A stretch of DNA of 64,000 nt, taken from positions 1,218 through 65,217 of the forward strand of contig JBBQGG010000007.1 of the NCBI GenBank assembly GCA_038322815.1, given 5' to 3'. Source of the DNA: Candidatus Kapaibacterium sp. Lineage in GTDB: Bacteria > Bacteroidota > Ignavibacteria > Palsa-1295. This document shows positions 10,044 through 18,262 of this stretch, in pieces. The notes under the pieces were generated by a model. It had not been told where the DNA came from and ran no database searches. It saw only the letters and a list, made by a program, of their open reading frames with translations. Position 1 is the first letter of the stretch. The number at the start of each line of letters is the position of its first letter. The position numbers and the translations under genes are program-made.

Positions 10044-10424
10044 ATGGCAGAACAATTCACCTATCAACCCGGTGTTTGCAATATTGATAGGACCGGCATT
10101 CAATGGAGAAAAAGACTTGCGTATATTTGTTTGATAGCAGGGGTACTGTCCCTTCTTCTTCTGTACTTCTTTCATGTAGGACTTATCGTTCGGTTTATTA
10201 TTTCCGCGGGATTCGGATTTACGACTTCGTTGAATTTTCTTCAGGCAAGCGAGCACTTTTGTGTTATCAATGCATCAAAGAGAACATTTGAAAGCTCAAT
10301 GCATCAAACAAAGATCATGGATGATCTTTATAAAGATATAGATATGAGAAAGACACGAAGTATGATGGGGAAAGCGTTGATCTATTCTTTGGCGACAGGA
10401 TGCTTAGGACTTTTGCCCCTCTAA
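10044..10424 (+). CDS. hypothetical membrane protein
   Basis: The ORF track gives 9984..10424. The likely start is the ATG at 10044 (MAEQFTYQPGVCNIDRTG), just after the namZ stop. Has hydrophobic helices and no family assignment. Confidence 0.35.
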   Translation: MAEQFTYQPGVCNIDRTGIQWRKRLAYICLIAGVLSLLLLYFFHVGLIVRFIISAGFGFTTSLNFLQASEHFCVINASKRTFESSMHQTKIMDDLYKDIDMRKTRSMMGKALIYSLATGCLGLLPL

Positions 10425-10600
10425 TTTTTTCTCTGCTGCTTTTTTCTCTGCCCATACATCTTTATAGCAGATATAGATAATCCCAGCCATTCCGGCAACC
10501 ATTCCAAAAAAGAAAATAAGCATAGTAGTTCGTGATAATTAGTTGTTGTGTCAAGATAACGGATTACGTGAGAAATTAGTTTTCTGGAAAATAATATCTT

Positions 10601-10726
10601 CCTCGCAATGACGACTCAATATAACGTCTTTGCGAGCGCAGCGAAGCAATCTAAAATTCAAGGGTTTATGAATCCGAAAGTGTAGATTGCTTCGTCAGTC
10701 GCTCCGCTCCATCCTCGCAATGACGT
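10601..10726. repeat. nested-palindrome repeat family, copy C (rearranged left end)
   Basis: CCTCGCAATGACG...AGCGAAGCAATC...GATTGCTTCGTC...CCTCGCAATGACG. Ends 2 nt before the MFS stop. Confidence 0.7.
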
Positions 10727-10727
10727 C

Positions 10728-12053
10728 TTACAATGCCATAACCTGATTATACATTTCCACTCGTATTGCTTTCGATCCGCTCTTCTCGGCAATGACCGAT
10801 AGACTGGGAAGTTTCCGGACGAAACGGTATGTAAGCGAGGCGACGATTACGAGTATTATTGAATCTGTCCAAAGGGCGACTCCTACTCCATACTCATGCG
10901 CTAAAAATCCTGCAAGCAAACTTCCGAAGGGAAATAATCCGGCGAAGGCAAGTGAGTATATGCCCATCACTCTTCCTCGTAATTCATCGGGTACAAATCT
11001 TTGTAATGTGGAATTCGCTGTGATGAAAAATGTAATGACACTCCAACCTGTAACTCCTAAACAGAAAAGTACGGGTACCGTAGAATTGAAAAGCGGGATA
11101 AGACTGATCGAAGCAATAAATGTTGCAATAGAAAAATACACCATAAATCTGGCGCGCAATTTATTGCTGAATGCAGCCTGTGTTAAAGCGGCGACAAGAG
11201 CACCAAGACCATTTGCTGAGAGTAAAGCCCCATACGTTGCTGAGTTTCCTTTTAATACTTCGACTGCAATCACAGGAAGATTCACGGTATAACTCCAAGC
11301 AAAGAGTGTCATCGCTACTACAAGAACCATCAGTGCTCTGAAATTCGGAATAGTATATAAATAGCGTATGCCAACTTTCATTGATTGCACACGCGACTCA
11401 TCTTTCAATCTTCTGTTGCGCACTTCATGTGGCATACGCATCATGAGTAATCCGATGATCACTGCAAGAAATGAAACACCATTAATAAGAAAGCATAGCT
11501 CGATTGAAACGGTTGCAATGATTAGTGCTCCAAGTGCCGGACCGATGAGTCGAGCAGCATTGAAGATCGCAGAGTTCAGAGCAACGGCATTCGGAACATC
11601 TTCTTTACCGACCATCTCAACAACAAATGCCTGGCGTGTGGGAAGATCAAAGGCAATCGTTGCACCGGAAAGCAAATTTACAAGACCAAGTATCCAAATA
11701 GCGGTCCAGTTTTGCCATACAAAGAATGCAAGAAGAAAAGCAAAAATGCCGAGCAGTGATTGCGTAATGAGAATGATCTTGCGCTTGGGGAATTCATCGG
11801 CAATTGTTCCGGCATAGACTCCGAGGAAAAGAATTGGTACAGCGCCAAGAAATCCCATTAGGCCCAGTGCTCGTGAATCCTTCGTGATCGAATAGACAAG
11901 CCATGCCAGCGCAGTATTCTGCAGCCACGTTCCGATCAGTGAAACGCATTGCCCCAGAAAGAACAAACGGTAATTGCGATGGCGTATCGAGCGGAACGTC
12001 GTACGGAAAAGATCGGAAAAACGTGCAATAGGATGATATGAACTGAAATGCAT
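10728..12053 (-). CDS. MFS transporter
   Basis: 12-TM major facilitator pattern. The ORF extends to 12230, but the MFS-like N-terminus begins at M60 (MHFSSYHPIARF...FRSIRHRNYRLFFLGQ), so the ATG at 12053 is preferred. Confidence 0.8.
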   Translation of the reverse strand: MHFSSYHPIARFSDLFRTTFRSIRHRNYRLFFLGQCVSLIGTWLQNTALAWLVYSITKDSRALGLMGFLGAVPILFLGVYAGTIADEFPKRKIILITQSLLGIFAFLLAFFVWQNWTAIWILGLVNLLSGATIAFDLPTRQAFVVEMVGKEDVPNAVALNSAIFNAARLIGPALGALIIATVSIELCFLINGVSFLAVIIGLLMMRMPHEVRNRRLKDESRVQSMKVGIRYLYTIPNFRALMVLVVAMTLFAWSYTVNLPVIAVEVLKGNSATYGALLSANGLGALVAALTQAAFSNKLRARFMVYFSIATFIASISLIPLFNSTVPVLFCLGVTGWSVITFFITANSTLQRFVPDELRGRVMGIYSLAFAGLFPFGSLLAGFLAHEYGVGVALWTDSIILVIVASLTYRFVRKLPSLSVIAEKSGSKAIRVEMYNQVMAL

Positions 12054-12239
12054 AGTTATTATTACGAAATTATCACAATGAAGTTGCATAAGTTTTGTCA
12101 GCGGAACGGGTGTTACTCCCTTCGTATCTGTGTATTGATGATTATCGCAAAAAACCCTTAAATCCGAAAAATCACGGTTCAGACCATATTTTCTCTGTAT
12201 ATTTGCATTCAGAATATTCACCAAAATCATTGAGAAATC

Positions 12240-13070
12240 GTGGCTGAAATAGCATTATCACATCAAACCGAAGTTCACGAGCATCATACGCCTGTCTATA
12301 CTAGCACCGGAACGCCGATGGGAAAAGTCTTTATGTGGCTTTTCCTGTGTCAGGATGCGTTGATGTTCATGGGACTTTTTGCAGCGTATATCTCCGTACG
12401 CATCGGTCAATCTGCGCTTTGGCCATCGCCGAACTCTGCGCATGCGCCGGGCATGGAGCACTATCCGCTGGATATCAATCTAACGGCTATCAATACCTTC
12501 ATCCTTATATGTTCGAGCGTAACGATGGTAATGGCTGTGCAGGCAGCGCAATCGGTTACGAAAAAAGGGCTTATTACATGGCTTCTTTTTACGGCGCTTG
12601 GCGGTGCGATATTTTTGGGAGTGCAGGTTTTTGAATACCGTCATCTCGTTTTTGAGGATGGCATGGGCATGGAAAAAAGTCTATTCGATGCTACTTTTTT
12701 CAGCCTCACAGGTTTTCACGGATTGCATGTACTTAGCGGAGTGATCTATCTGCTTTGCGTGGTGATCGCAACAAAGCTCGGACCAAAAGAACATTCGGAA
12801 AACGGCTGGGTGATGGCTTTTATGCGCATTGCTGCGATAGGCTTTTCACTATACTTATGGTTCGGACCATTGCATAAATGGCCGCCGCTTCCGCATGTAC
12901 TTGTTTCGATCCTTGCTGCAGCAGTACCATATATCATGATCCGCGGAGTAAAGTGGCTTCGCGAACGTCCGGTATCAGGACAAGGTGATGATGTGGAAGT
13001 AGTCGGATTGTACTGGCATTTTGTGGATCTGATCTGGATCATTTTGTTTACGCTTGTGTATCTGATCTGA
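12240..13070 (+). CDS. cytochrome c oxidase subunit III (heme-copper oxidase family)
   Basis: 276 aa and polytopic. Has the SLTGFHGLHVLSGVIYL motif characteristic of CoxC/CtaE. Confidence 0.85.
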   Translation: MAEIALSHQTEVHEHHTPVYTSTGTPMGKVFMWLFLCQDALMFMGLFAAYISVRIGQSALWPSPNSAHAPGMEHYPLDINLTAINTFILICSSVTMVMAVQAAQSVTKKGLITWLLFTALGGAIFLGVQVFEYRHLVFEDGMGMEKSLFDATFFSLTGFHGLHVLSGVIYLLCVVIATKLGPKEHSENGWVMAFMRIAAIGFSLYLWFGPLHKWPPLPHVLVSILAAAVPYIMIRGVKWLRERPVSGQGDDVEVVGLYWHFVDLIWIILFTLVYLI

Positions 13071-13075
13071 GTATT

Positions 13076-13194
13076 AGTGTCATTGCGAGGAGTCCGCTTG
13101 CGGGCGACGAAGCAATCCAGTATTCTAATATGTCAGTCTCTACCACGATGTAGGGGATTGCTTCGTCGGGCTAAAGCCCTTCTCGCAATGACAC
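13076..13194. repeat. nested-palindrome repeat family, copy D (between coxIII and coxIV)
   Basis: AGTGTCATTGCGAGGAG...CGACGAAGCAATCC...GGGGATTGCTTCGTCGGGCTAAAGCCC...CTCGCAATGACACT. Confidence 0.85.
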
Positions 13195-13212
13195 TTATAA
13201 TTTTTTTGAATT

Positions 13213-13515
13213 ATGACGATGGAACATAGCACAACCAACCATACTAAAACATATTTAAAGATCTTCGCAGCGCTTTTTGTGCTGACGGTTATCGAAGTAT
13301 TGCTTTCGCAAAGCGGAATGCCGCATACGCCGATGGTCGTATTGCTGATCGCGTTCGCACTTGTTAAAGCAGGGCTTGTTGCCGTGTATTTCATGCATTT
13401 GAAATATGATGCGAAATTCCTTTCGATCATTGCCTATGCTCCTCTTGTCGTTGCTTCGATCCTGATCTTCATGCTTGCAATGGAATGGACCTTCCAGCCG
13501 CATTGGCTATTTTAA
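13213..13515 (+). CDS. cytochrome c oxidase subunit IV (caa3-type small subunit)
   Basis: 100 aa with three TM helices, immediately after subunit III. Fits the subunit IV family pattern. Confidence 0.7.
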   Translation: MTMEHSTTNHTKTYLKIFAALFVLTVIEVLLSQSGMPHTPMVVLLIAFALVKAGLVAVYFMHLKYDAKFLSIIAYAPLVVASILIFMLAMEWTFQPHWLF

Positions 13516-13518
13516 ACT

Positions 13519-13647
13519 GTGAATGAAAAGCCGCTGCAGATTGATCGTAACCCAAAATTCCGGCGGTGGCTTGGCATTGGTATAGCGATCTGGGTTTTCC
13601 TAATGTTCGTATTTCTTGCATTTGCTATAGCGGTCGATTGGCATTAG
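13519..13647 (+). CDS. possible 42-aa single-TM small protein (GTG start), coupled to coxIV
   Basis: VNEKPLQIDRNPKFRRWLGIGIAIWVFLMFVFLAFAIAVDWH. Starts 3 nt after the coxIV stop. Not in the ORF track (under 60 aa). Confidence 0.25.
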   Translation: MNEKPLQIDRNPKFRRWLGIGIAIWVFLMFVFLAFAIAVDWH

Positions 13648-13690
13648 GCATAGAGCGCACCGACGTGGCTCAATTTAAAAGAACTTTAAT

Positions 13691-13810
13691 CTTGTCATTC
13701 TGAGCGAGGCAGCGAAGAATCTGAGATTTCGGTTTGTCTGAAAGCTCAGATTCTTCGTTCCGCTTCTGCTCCTGTGGTCGCAGAAGAATGCTTCACTCAG
13801 AATGACAATT
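13691..13810. repeat. nested-palindrome repeat, variant family (copy E) with co-varying arms
   Basis: TGTCATTCTGAGCGAGGCAGCGAAGAATCTGAG...CTCAGATTCTTCG...CACTCAGAATGACAA. Same architecture as B/D/F, but both inverted-repeat pairs carry matched substitutions. Confidence 0.75.
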
Positions 13811-13875
13811 TAAATTAAGCCACTACTGCTCACCGAGTGCAAGAACTTTTTCCTTCCTTTAATACTTTCTTATAG

Positions 13876-14544
13876 ATGAAATCATGTCATGGGAAAATTA
13901 TTTTTCTTCTTTGTATTAGCATTGCATTTATCTCCTGCAATACACAGAATACAGAAACAACTCCCGCGGCTCCGAAAGATTTTCATGGCATTCCTCCGCA
14001 GGGAATCGGCGGAGATAGTTTATTGAACATTGAAAAGAACAGATGGCTTTCTTCACAAAATTTTATTGATGTAAACGTCTCCGATATAATCGGCATTCAG
14101 CACGATATATTATCTGCCATCGGCAGTGAAGATCGCTATAAGTGGACTCCGGTTGCAATGAATCAGGCAGCTTCAGGTGAATTACGTGCCGTTCGTTTGA
14201 GTGGATATATACTAGCCGTAAAAGAAGAAGGTAATGAAAGTTGTAATGGCAATAATGATAATTATCATGATTACCATATTTGGATCACTGACTCTATCGG
14301 CAAAGATAAAAGCAAATCAATTATTGTTGAAGCAACTCCATTTTGGAAAGAACAATTTTCCGGTTGGCAATTGACAAAATTCGAGCAGTTAGTGAGCCAA
14401 CATGCATCCTTCAGAGTTTCTGGCTGGATCATGTGGGATGAAGATCATCCCGAGCAGATCGGCAGGAGCCGTGCATCATTATGGGAAATTCATCCGGTAA
14501 CGAAATTCGAATTCTTAAGCGGCGGAAACTGGCAGACATTATAA
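13876..14544 (+). CDS. lipoprotein of unknown function (paralog 1)
   Basis: Lipobox (LCISIAFISC). Shares a long conserved C-terminal block with 15887..16618 (PAPKDFHGIPP.GIGGD...YHD.HIWIT...I.VEATPFWKEQF..WQL..FE.L......RVSGWI.WDE.H.....SR.SLWE.HP.TKFE..SGG.W). Confidence 0.6.
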   Translation: MKSCHGKIIFLLCISIAFISCNTQNTETTPAAPKDFHGIPPQGIGGDSLLNIEKNRWLSSQNFIDVNVSDIIGIQHDILSAIGSEDRYKWTPVAMNQAASGELRAVRLSGYILAVKEEGNESCNGNNDNYHDYHIWITDSIGKDKSKSIIVEATPFWKEQFSGWQLTKFEQLVSQHASFRVSGWIMWDEDHPEQIGRSRASLWEIHPVTKFEFLSGGNWQTL

Positions 14545-14548
14545 TTCT

Positions 14549-15244
14549 ATGAAAAAAACATTCACATTTTTTGGAGTTTTTCTCTTCGCCACATTTCTTC
14601 TTTCCTGCGATGCAACGCCGGATGGAAAGGTGGAAGAGGCGTTAATGAAATTTCAGAAAGTTGATGATGGATTAAAGGCAAAATTATTCAGCACAACAAA
14701 ACTTTCTCCTGCTATTGCCGATAAAGACCTTACACCCGAATCGAAGTACCGCAATAATAGCTACGATACTGATCGTCCGCCATCGGATACGACACCAGAC
14801 TGGCGGTTGGAAGTTCGGGGCAATGTAAAATATCCGGGGTATTATTCGCTTGATCAAATTAAGACTCTTGGCATGACCATTGAAAATGCAAAGCATGTTT
14901 GCGTTGAAGGCTGGAGCCAGAATGTAAAATGGGGCGGCACACCGCTCTGGAAATTTCTGGATTGGATTGGTGCCGATCCTAAATCACAATTTATCTATGT
15001 GGAATGCGCCGATAAATATTATGAATCCTATGATATCGAAAGCGCGCGTCATCCGCAAACGCTTCTTTGTTATGAATCCTACAATAAACCTCTGGCACTT
15101 GAACACGGCGCACCATGCCGAATCGTCATGCCGACAAAGCTTGGATATAAGAGTGCGAAATGGCTTACCAAACTTGTCGTTACCGATAAAAAGCCCGGAG
15201 GATATTGGGAAGATCAGGGATATGATTGGCATGCAGGAATGTAA
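14549..15244 (+). CDS. molybdopterin-dependent oxidoreductase, sulfite-oxidase fold (MsrP/YedY-like catalytic subunit)
   Basis: 231 aa with an HVCVEGWSQNVKWGG motif (Mo-ligand Cys of the Oxidored_molyb/YedY family). The N-terminus is a Sec/lipoprotein-type signal (FLLSC), not a twin-arginine signal. Confidence 0.7.
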   Translation: MKKTFTFFGVFLFATFLLSCDATPDGKVEEALMKFQKVDDGLKAKLFSTTKLSPAIADKDLTPESKYRNNSYDTDRPPSDTTPDWRLEVRGNVKYPGYYSLDQIKTLGMTIENAKHVCVEGWSQNVKWGGTPLWKFLDWIGADPKSQFIYVECADKYYESYDIESARHPQTLLCYESYNKPLALEHGAPCRIVMPTKLGYKSAKWLTKLVVTDKKPGGYWEDQGYDWHAGM

Positions 15245-15873
15245 TGAAAACTAAATCCGGCAAAGAATATCTTCATCCTCTTATCGTGCGGCTTACGCAT
15301 TGGTTGAATTTTATTGCCCTTTCGATCATGGTTGCAAGCGGGTTGCGAATTTTTAATGCTTCTCCTCTTTTTGATTTCCATTTTCCAAAGTGGATCCTCT
15401 TGGGTGGTTGGCTGGGCGGAGCAAGGCTTTGGCATTTTGCTGCGATGTGGATATTTTTTTTCAACGGAGTTATTGCCGTTACCTATAATATCATTTCAAG
15501 ACACGGGCGCGATACCACGATCTTTCGCAAACAGGATATTCCCGGAGTTCTTCCCATGATCAAATATTATTTGCGGATAGAAAAAAAACCTCCGAAATAC
15601 GGAAAATATAATTCTCTGCAAAAACTTGCTTATACCAGTACTCCTTTTCTTGCGATCGGCGTAACGCTTTCAGGATCGGTCTTGTATCTGCCTGTCCAAT
15701 TGCAGCCCTTAACCTGGATCTTTGGCGGATATGATTTTGCGCGCTGGATTCATTTCCTTTTTATGGCAGCATTTATTTTCTTTTTTCTCGGTCATATTTT
15801 TATGGTCTCCATATCCGGCTGGTGGAATTTCTGGTCAATGATATCAGGATGGAAGAAAGTGTCGGAGCCATGA
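15244..15873 (+). CDS. b-type cytochrome membrane subunit (Ni/Fe-hydrogenase cytochrome-b / MsrQ-like partner)
   Basis: Overlaps the upstream stop (TAATG). Four TM helices with conserved His (LIVRLTHWLNFIALSIM, WHFAAMW, HFLFM). The ORF track starts at 15226; the ATG at 15244 is preferred. Confidence 0.65.
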   Translation: MKTKSGKEYLHPLIVRLTHWLNFIALSIMVASGLRIFNASPLFDFHFPKWILLGGWLGGARLWHFAAMWIFFFNGVIAVTYNIISRHGRDTTIFRKQDIPGVLPMIKYYLRIEKKPPKYGKYNSLQKLAYTSTPFLAIGVTLSGSVLYLPVQLQPLTWIFGGYDFARWIHFLFMAAFIFFFLGHIFMVSISGWWNFWSMISGWKKVSEP

Positions 15874-15886
15874 TTTCGGGGATTGT

Positions 15887-16618
15887 ATGATTAAAGGAAT
15901 GTCAAAAAGTAATAAAATTCTTCTTACCCTCGGTCTTCTTATTGTTATCGTATTGATCTATATTGCGATTCGTAAGAATGAATCGCCCAAAGGAACTGGA
16001 ACTCCTGCTCCCTCATCTATCGGTCCGGCTCCGAAAGATTTTCATGGTATCCCCCCGGAAGGTATTGGCGGCGACCCTGAACTAAATAAAGAAAAGAACA
16101 GGTGGGCAGCGTCCACACAATTTATACCAATTGGTGTCAGTCAGATCATTTCTTTACCTCATGATGCATTGTTTATGATGGGGAAAGAAAGACGCAGCAG
16201 GTGGACATCGGCTGCAATTGAGCAGGCTGCTGCCAATGAAAATCGTGGAATTCAAGTGATCGGATATTTAGCACATGCAAAAGAATCAGGGTCGGAAGCA
16301 TGTAACGGAAAAAGTGATCTTTACCATGATTTTCATATTTGGATAACTGAATTTCCGGGAGAAAATAAAAATAAGGGAATTGTCGTCGAAGCTACGCCTT
16401 TTTGGAAAGAACAATTTCCTGCCTGGCAGCTTCGTGTTTTTGAGAAGCTTGCTGACCAAAATGCGAAGGTCAGAGTCTCAGGCTGGATCCTTTGGGATGA
16501 AGAACATGGGGATGAAGTAGGCAAGTCTCGTGGTTCACTATGGGAAGTTCATCCTTTTACAAAGTTTGAGGTATTTTCGGGCGGCAAGTGGGTTGAACTA
16601 GGGGCAGATGCTATCTGA
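15887..16618 (+). CDS. lipoprotein of unknown function (paralog 2)
   Basis: Paralog of 13876..14544 (see that entry). Completes a four-gene cluster. Confidence 0.6.
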   Translation: MIKGMSKSNKILLTLGLLIVIVLIYIAIRKNESPKGTGTPAPSSIGPAPKDFHGIPPEGIGGDPELNKEKNRWAASTQFIPIGVSQIISLPHDALFMMGKERRSRWTSAAIEQAAANENRGIQVIGYLAHAKESGSEACNGKSDLYHDFHIWITEFPGENKNKGIVVEATPFWKEQFPAWQLRVFEKLADQNAKVRVSGWILWDEEHGDEVGKSRGSLWEVHPFTKFEVFSGGKWVELGADAI

Positions 16619-16680
16619 AAACTTTTAATCCCCTGATTATCGTTACATACGCCGTAATCATTCAGTAATATTCAATTATT

Positions 16681-17367
16681 ATGAGACTCCTAATTTTTGT
16701 ATCGATCTTTTTTTTCTGCAGGGTAGCTTTTTCTCAGGAAGACCCTCATCCGATGATGAAACCCGGGAGGACCATGGCTCCTATAGCTCCTAAATCGTAT
16801 GCCGATAGTGAAGAATTCAAAAAATTGTTCAAAGAATTTTATCCTATTATTAAACCTGCAAAATCCGTCAAAGAACAGGCAGCCCAATATTTTCAGGGTA
16901 TATCGCGTTCGTTTGCAATGCAGGGTATTGATTCTGCCGAAGCTGCAAAGGCAGCATTCAAAAATTTGGATGACCAAGCTTTTGAAAAACTATATTTCGA
17001 TATTTATCGTAGGAATTTAAGCGCAAAAGAATTAAAAATCTATAATGCGTTTATAAAAACCCCTGAAGGAAAACATATTGCAGAAGTATGGACAAATCTT
17101 CAGCGCGCATCAAGCGATGCAACAATGTATATTGCCCGAACATTGAATCTCAATCTTACTCCCATTCGTCAGGCAGCACGCGATAAGATGGAAAAAGAAC
17201 GATCTCAGAAAGGGGAGGAGCATCCGCCAAACATGCCGACTCGACGGGGAAACGTAGATGTCTTTGATCAGAGAAATGCCGGCTCAAAAGATTCGTTGAT
17301 GAATTTGCAAAGGCAGCAAGGCAAAATTCCTCCGGTGAAAATTCCTGCTGTCCCTTCAGAAAAGTGA
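16681..17367 (+). CDS. secreted hypothetical protein (possibly DUF2059-like)
   Basis: Signal peptide, alpha-helical composition, and a charged C-terminal tail. Confidence 0.4.
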   Translation: MRLLIFVSIFFFCRVAFSQEDPHPMMKPGRTMAPIAPKSYADSEEFKKLFKEFYPIIKPAKSVKEQAAQYFQGISRSFAMQGIDSAEAAKAAFKNLDDQAFEKLYFDIYRRNLSAKELKIYNAFIKTPEGKHIAEVWTNLQRASSDATMYIARTLNLNLTPIRQAARDKMEKERSQKGEEHPPNMPTRRGNVDVFDQRNAGSKDSLMNLQRQQGKIPPVKIPAVPSEK

Positions 17368-18185
17368 GTGAACAAAAATGCATCGGTGTCTTCGATTCCG
17401 GTATCGGCGGCTTGACGGTTGTTAAAGAATTATTTTCCAGCGTACCGGATGAGCGTATTGTCTATTTCGGTGATACCGCACGCGTTCCGTATGGCTCGAA
17501 ATCTGTCGAAACTGTTCGCCGCTATGCAAAGGAAGATACGGAGCTTCTTCTTTCACATAAGCCAAAACTAATCGTCGTTGCATGCAATACGGTTAGCGCC
17601 GTCGCTCTTGATGTCGTTAAATCTATTGCCGGCGATATCCCTGTTATCGGAATGATCGAACCTGCCTGCAAAGAAGCGTTACATGTTTCATCATCGGGCA
17701 GAATTGGCATTATCGGTACTGAGGCTACTATCTCAAGTAAAGCATACGAAATTGAATTACAAAGCGAAGCAAAAAGAATCGGCAAGCACATAGAAACATT
17801 CGCAAAAGCCTGTCCGCTTTTTGTGCCGCTTGCCGAAGAGGGTTGGGAAGAAAAAGTTGTTGCTGAACTTGTTGCTCGTGAATATCTGCAATCACTTCAC
17901 GAAGCAAAAATTGATACGTTGATCTTAGGCTGTACGCATTATCCTGTTCTTTCGCACGTCATTCAATCGGTGATGGGTGCAAATGTAACGCTTATCAATT
18001 CCGGAGCAGTTGCAGCACGAGAAATTAAAATATTAGAAGCAAATACTCCAAAAGCAAAACCGGAGCATATTTTTCTCGTCAGTGATATTCCAAGAAAATT
18101 TCAATCGATAGGTGAAAGATTTTTGGGATATGAATTACCGCAAATAAAACAAGTTATCTTTGAAGAAGCATGGGTAACTATCTGA
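17364..18185 (+). CDS. murI: glutamate racemase
   Basis: IGVFDSGIGGLTVVKEL N-terminal motif, the CNT catalytic-Cys region, and a second catalytic Cys in GCTHYP. Confidence 0.9.
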   Translation: MSEQKCIGVFDSGIGGLTVVKELFSSVPDERIVYFGDTARVPYGSKSVETVRRYAKEDTELLLSHKPKLIVVACNTVSAVALDVVKSIAGDIPVIGMIEPACKEALHVSSSGRIGIIGTEATISSKAYEIELQSEAKRIGKHIETFAKACPLFVPLAEEGWEEKVVAELVAREYLQSLHEAKIDTLILGCTHYPVLSHVIQSVMGANVTLINSGAVAAREIKILEANTPKAKPEHIFLVSDIPRKFQSIGERFLGYELPQIKQVIFEEAWVTI

Positions 18186-18262
18186 ACTATTAATTTGGAA
18201 CCCGTTACGGAGGCTATATTTCTCCGTACTTTTGTATTCAAACTTTTGACACAACCATACCC

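Noticed and set aside
10792-11817. Plus-strand ORFs 10792..11292 and 11368..11817 within the MFS transporter gene
   Set aside because: Opposite strand of a 12-TM MFS frame. Typical GC-frame artefacts.
12054-12230. N-terminal 59-aa extension of the MFS ORF
   Set aside because: Not MFS-like and not membrane-like. The internal ATG at 12053 gives the canonical N-terminus.
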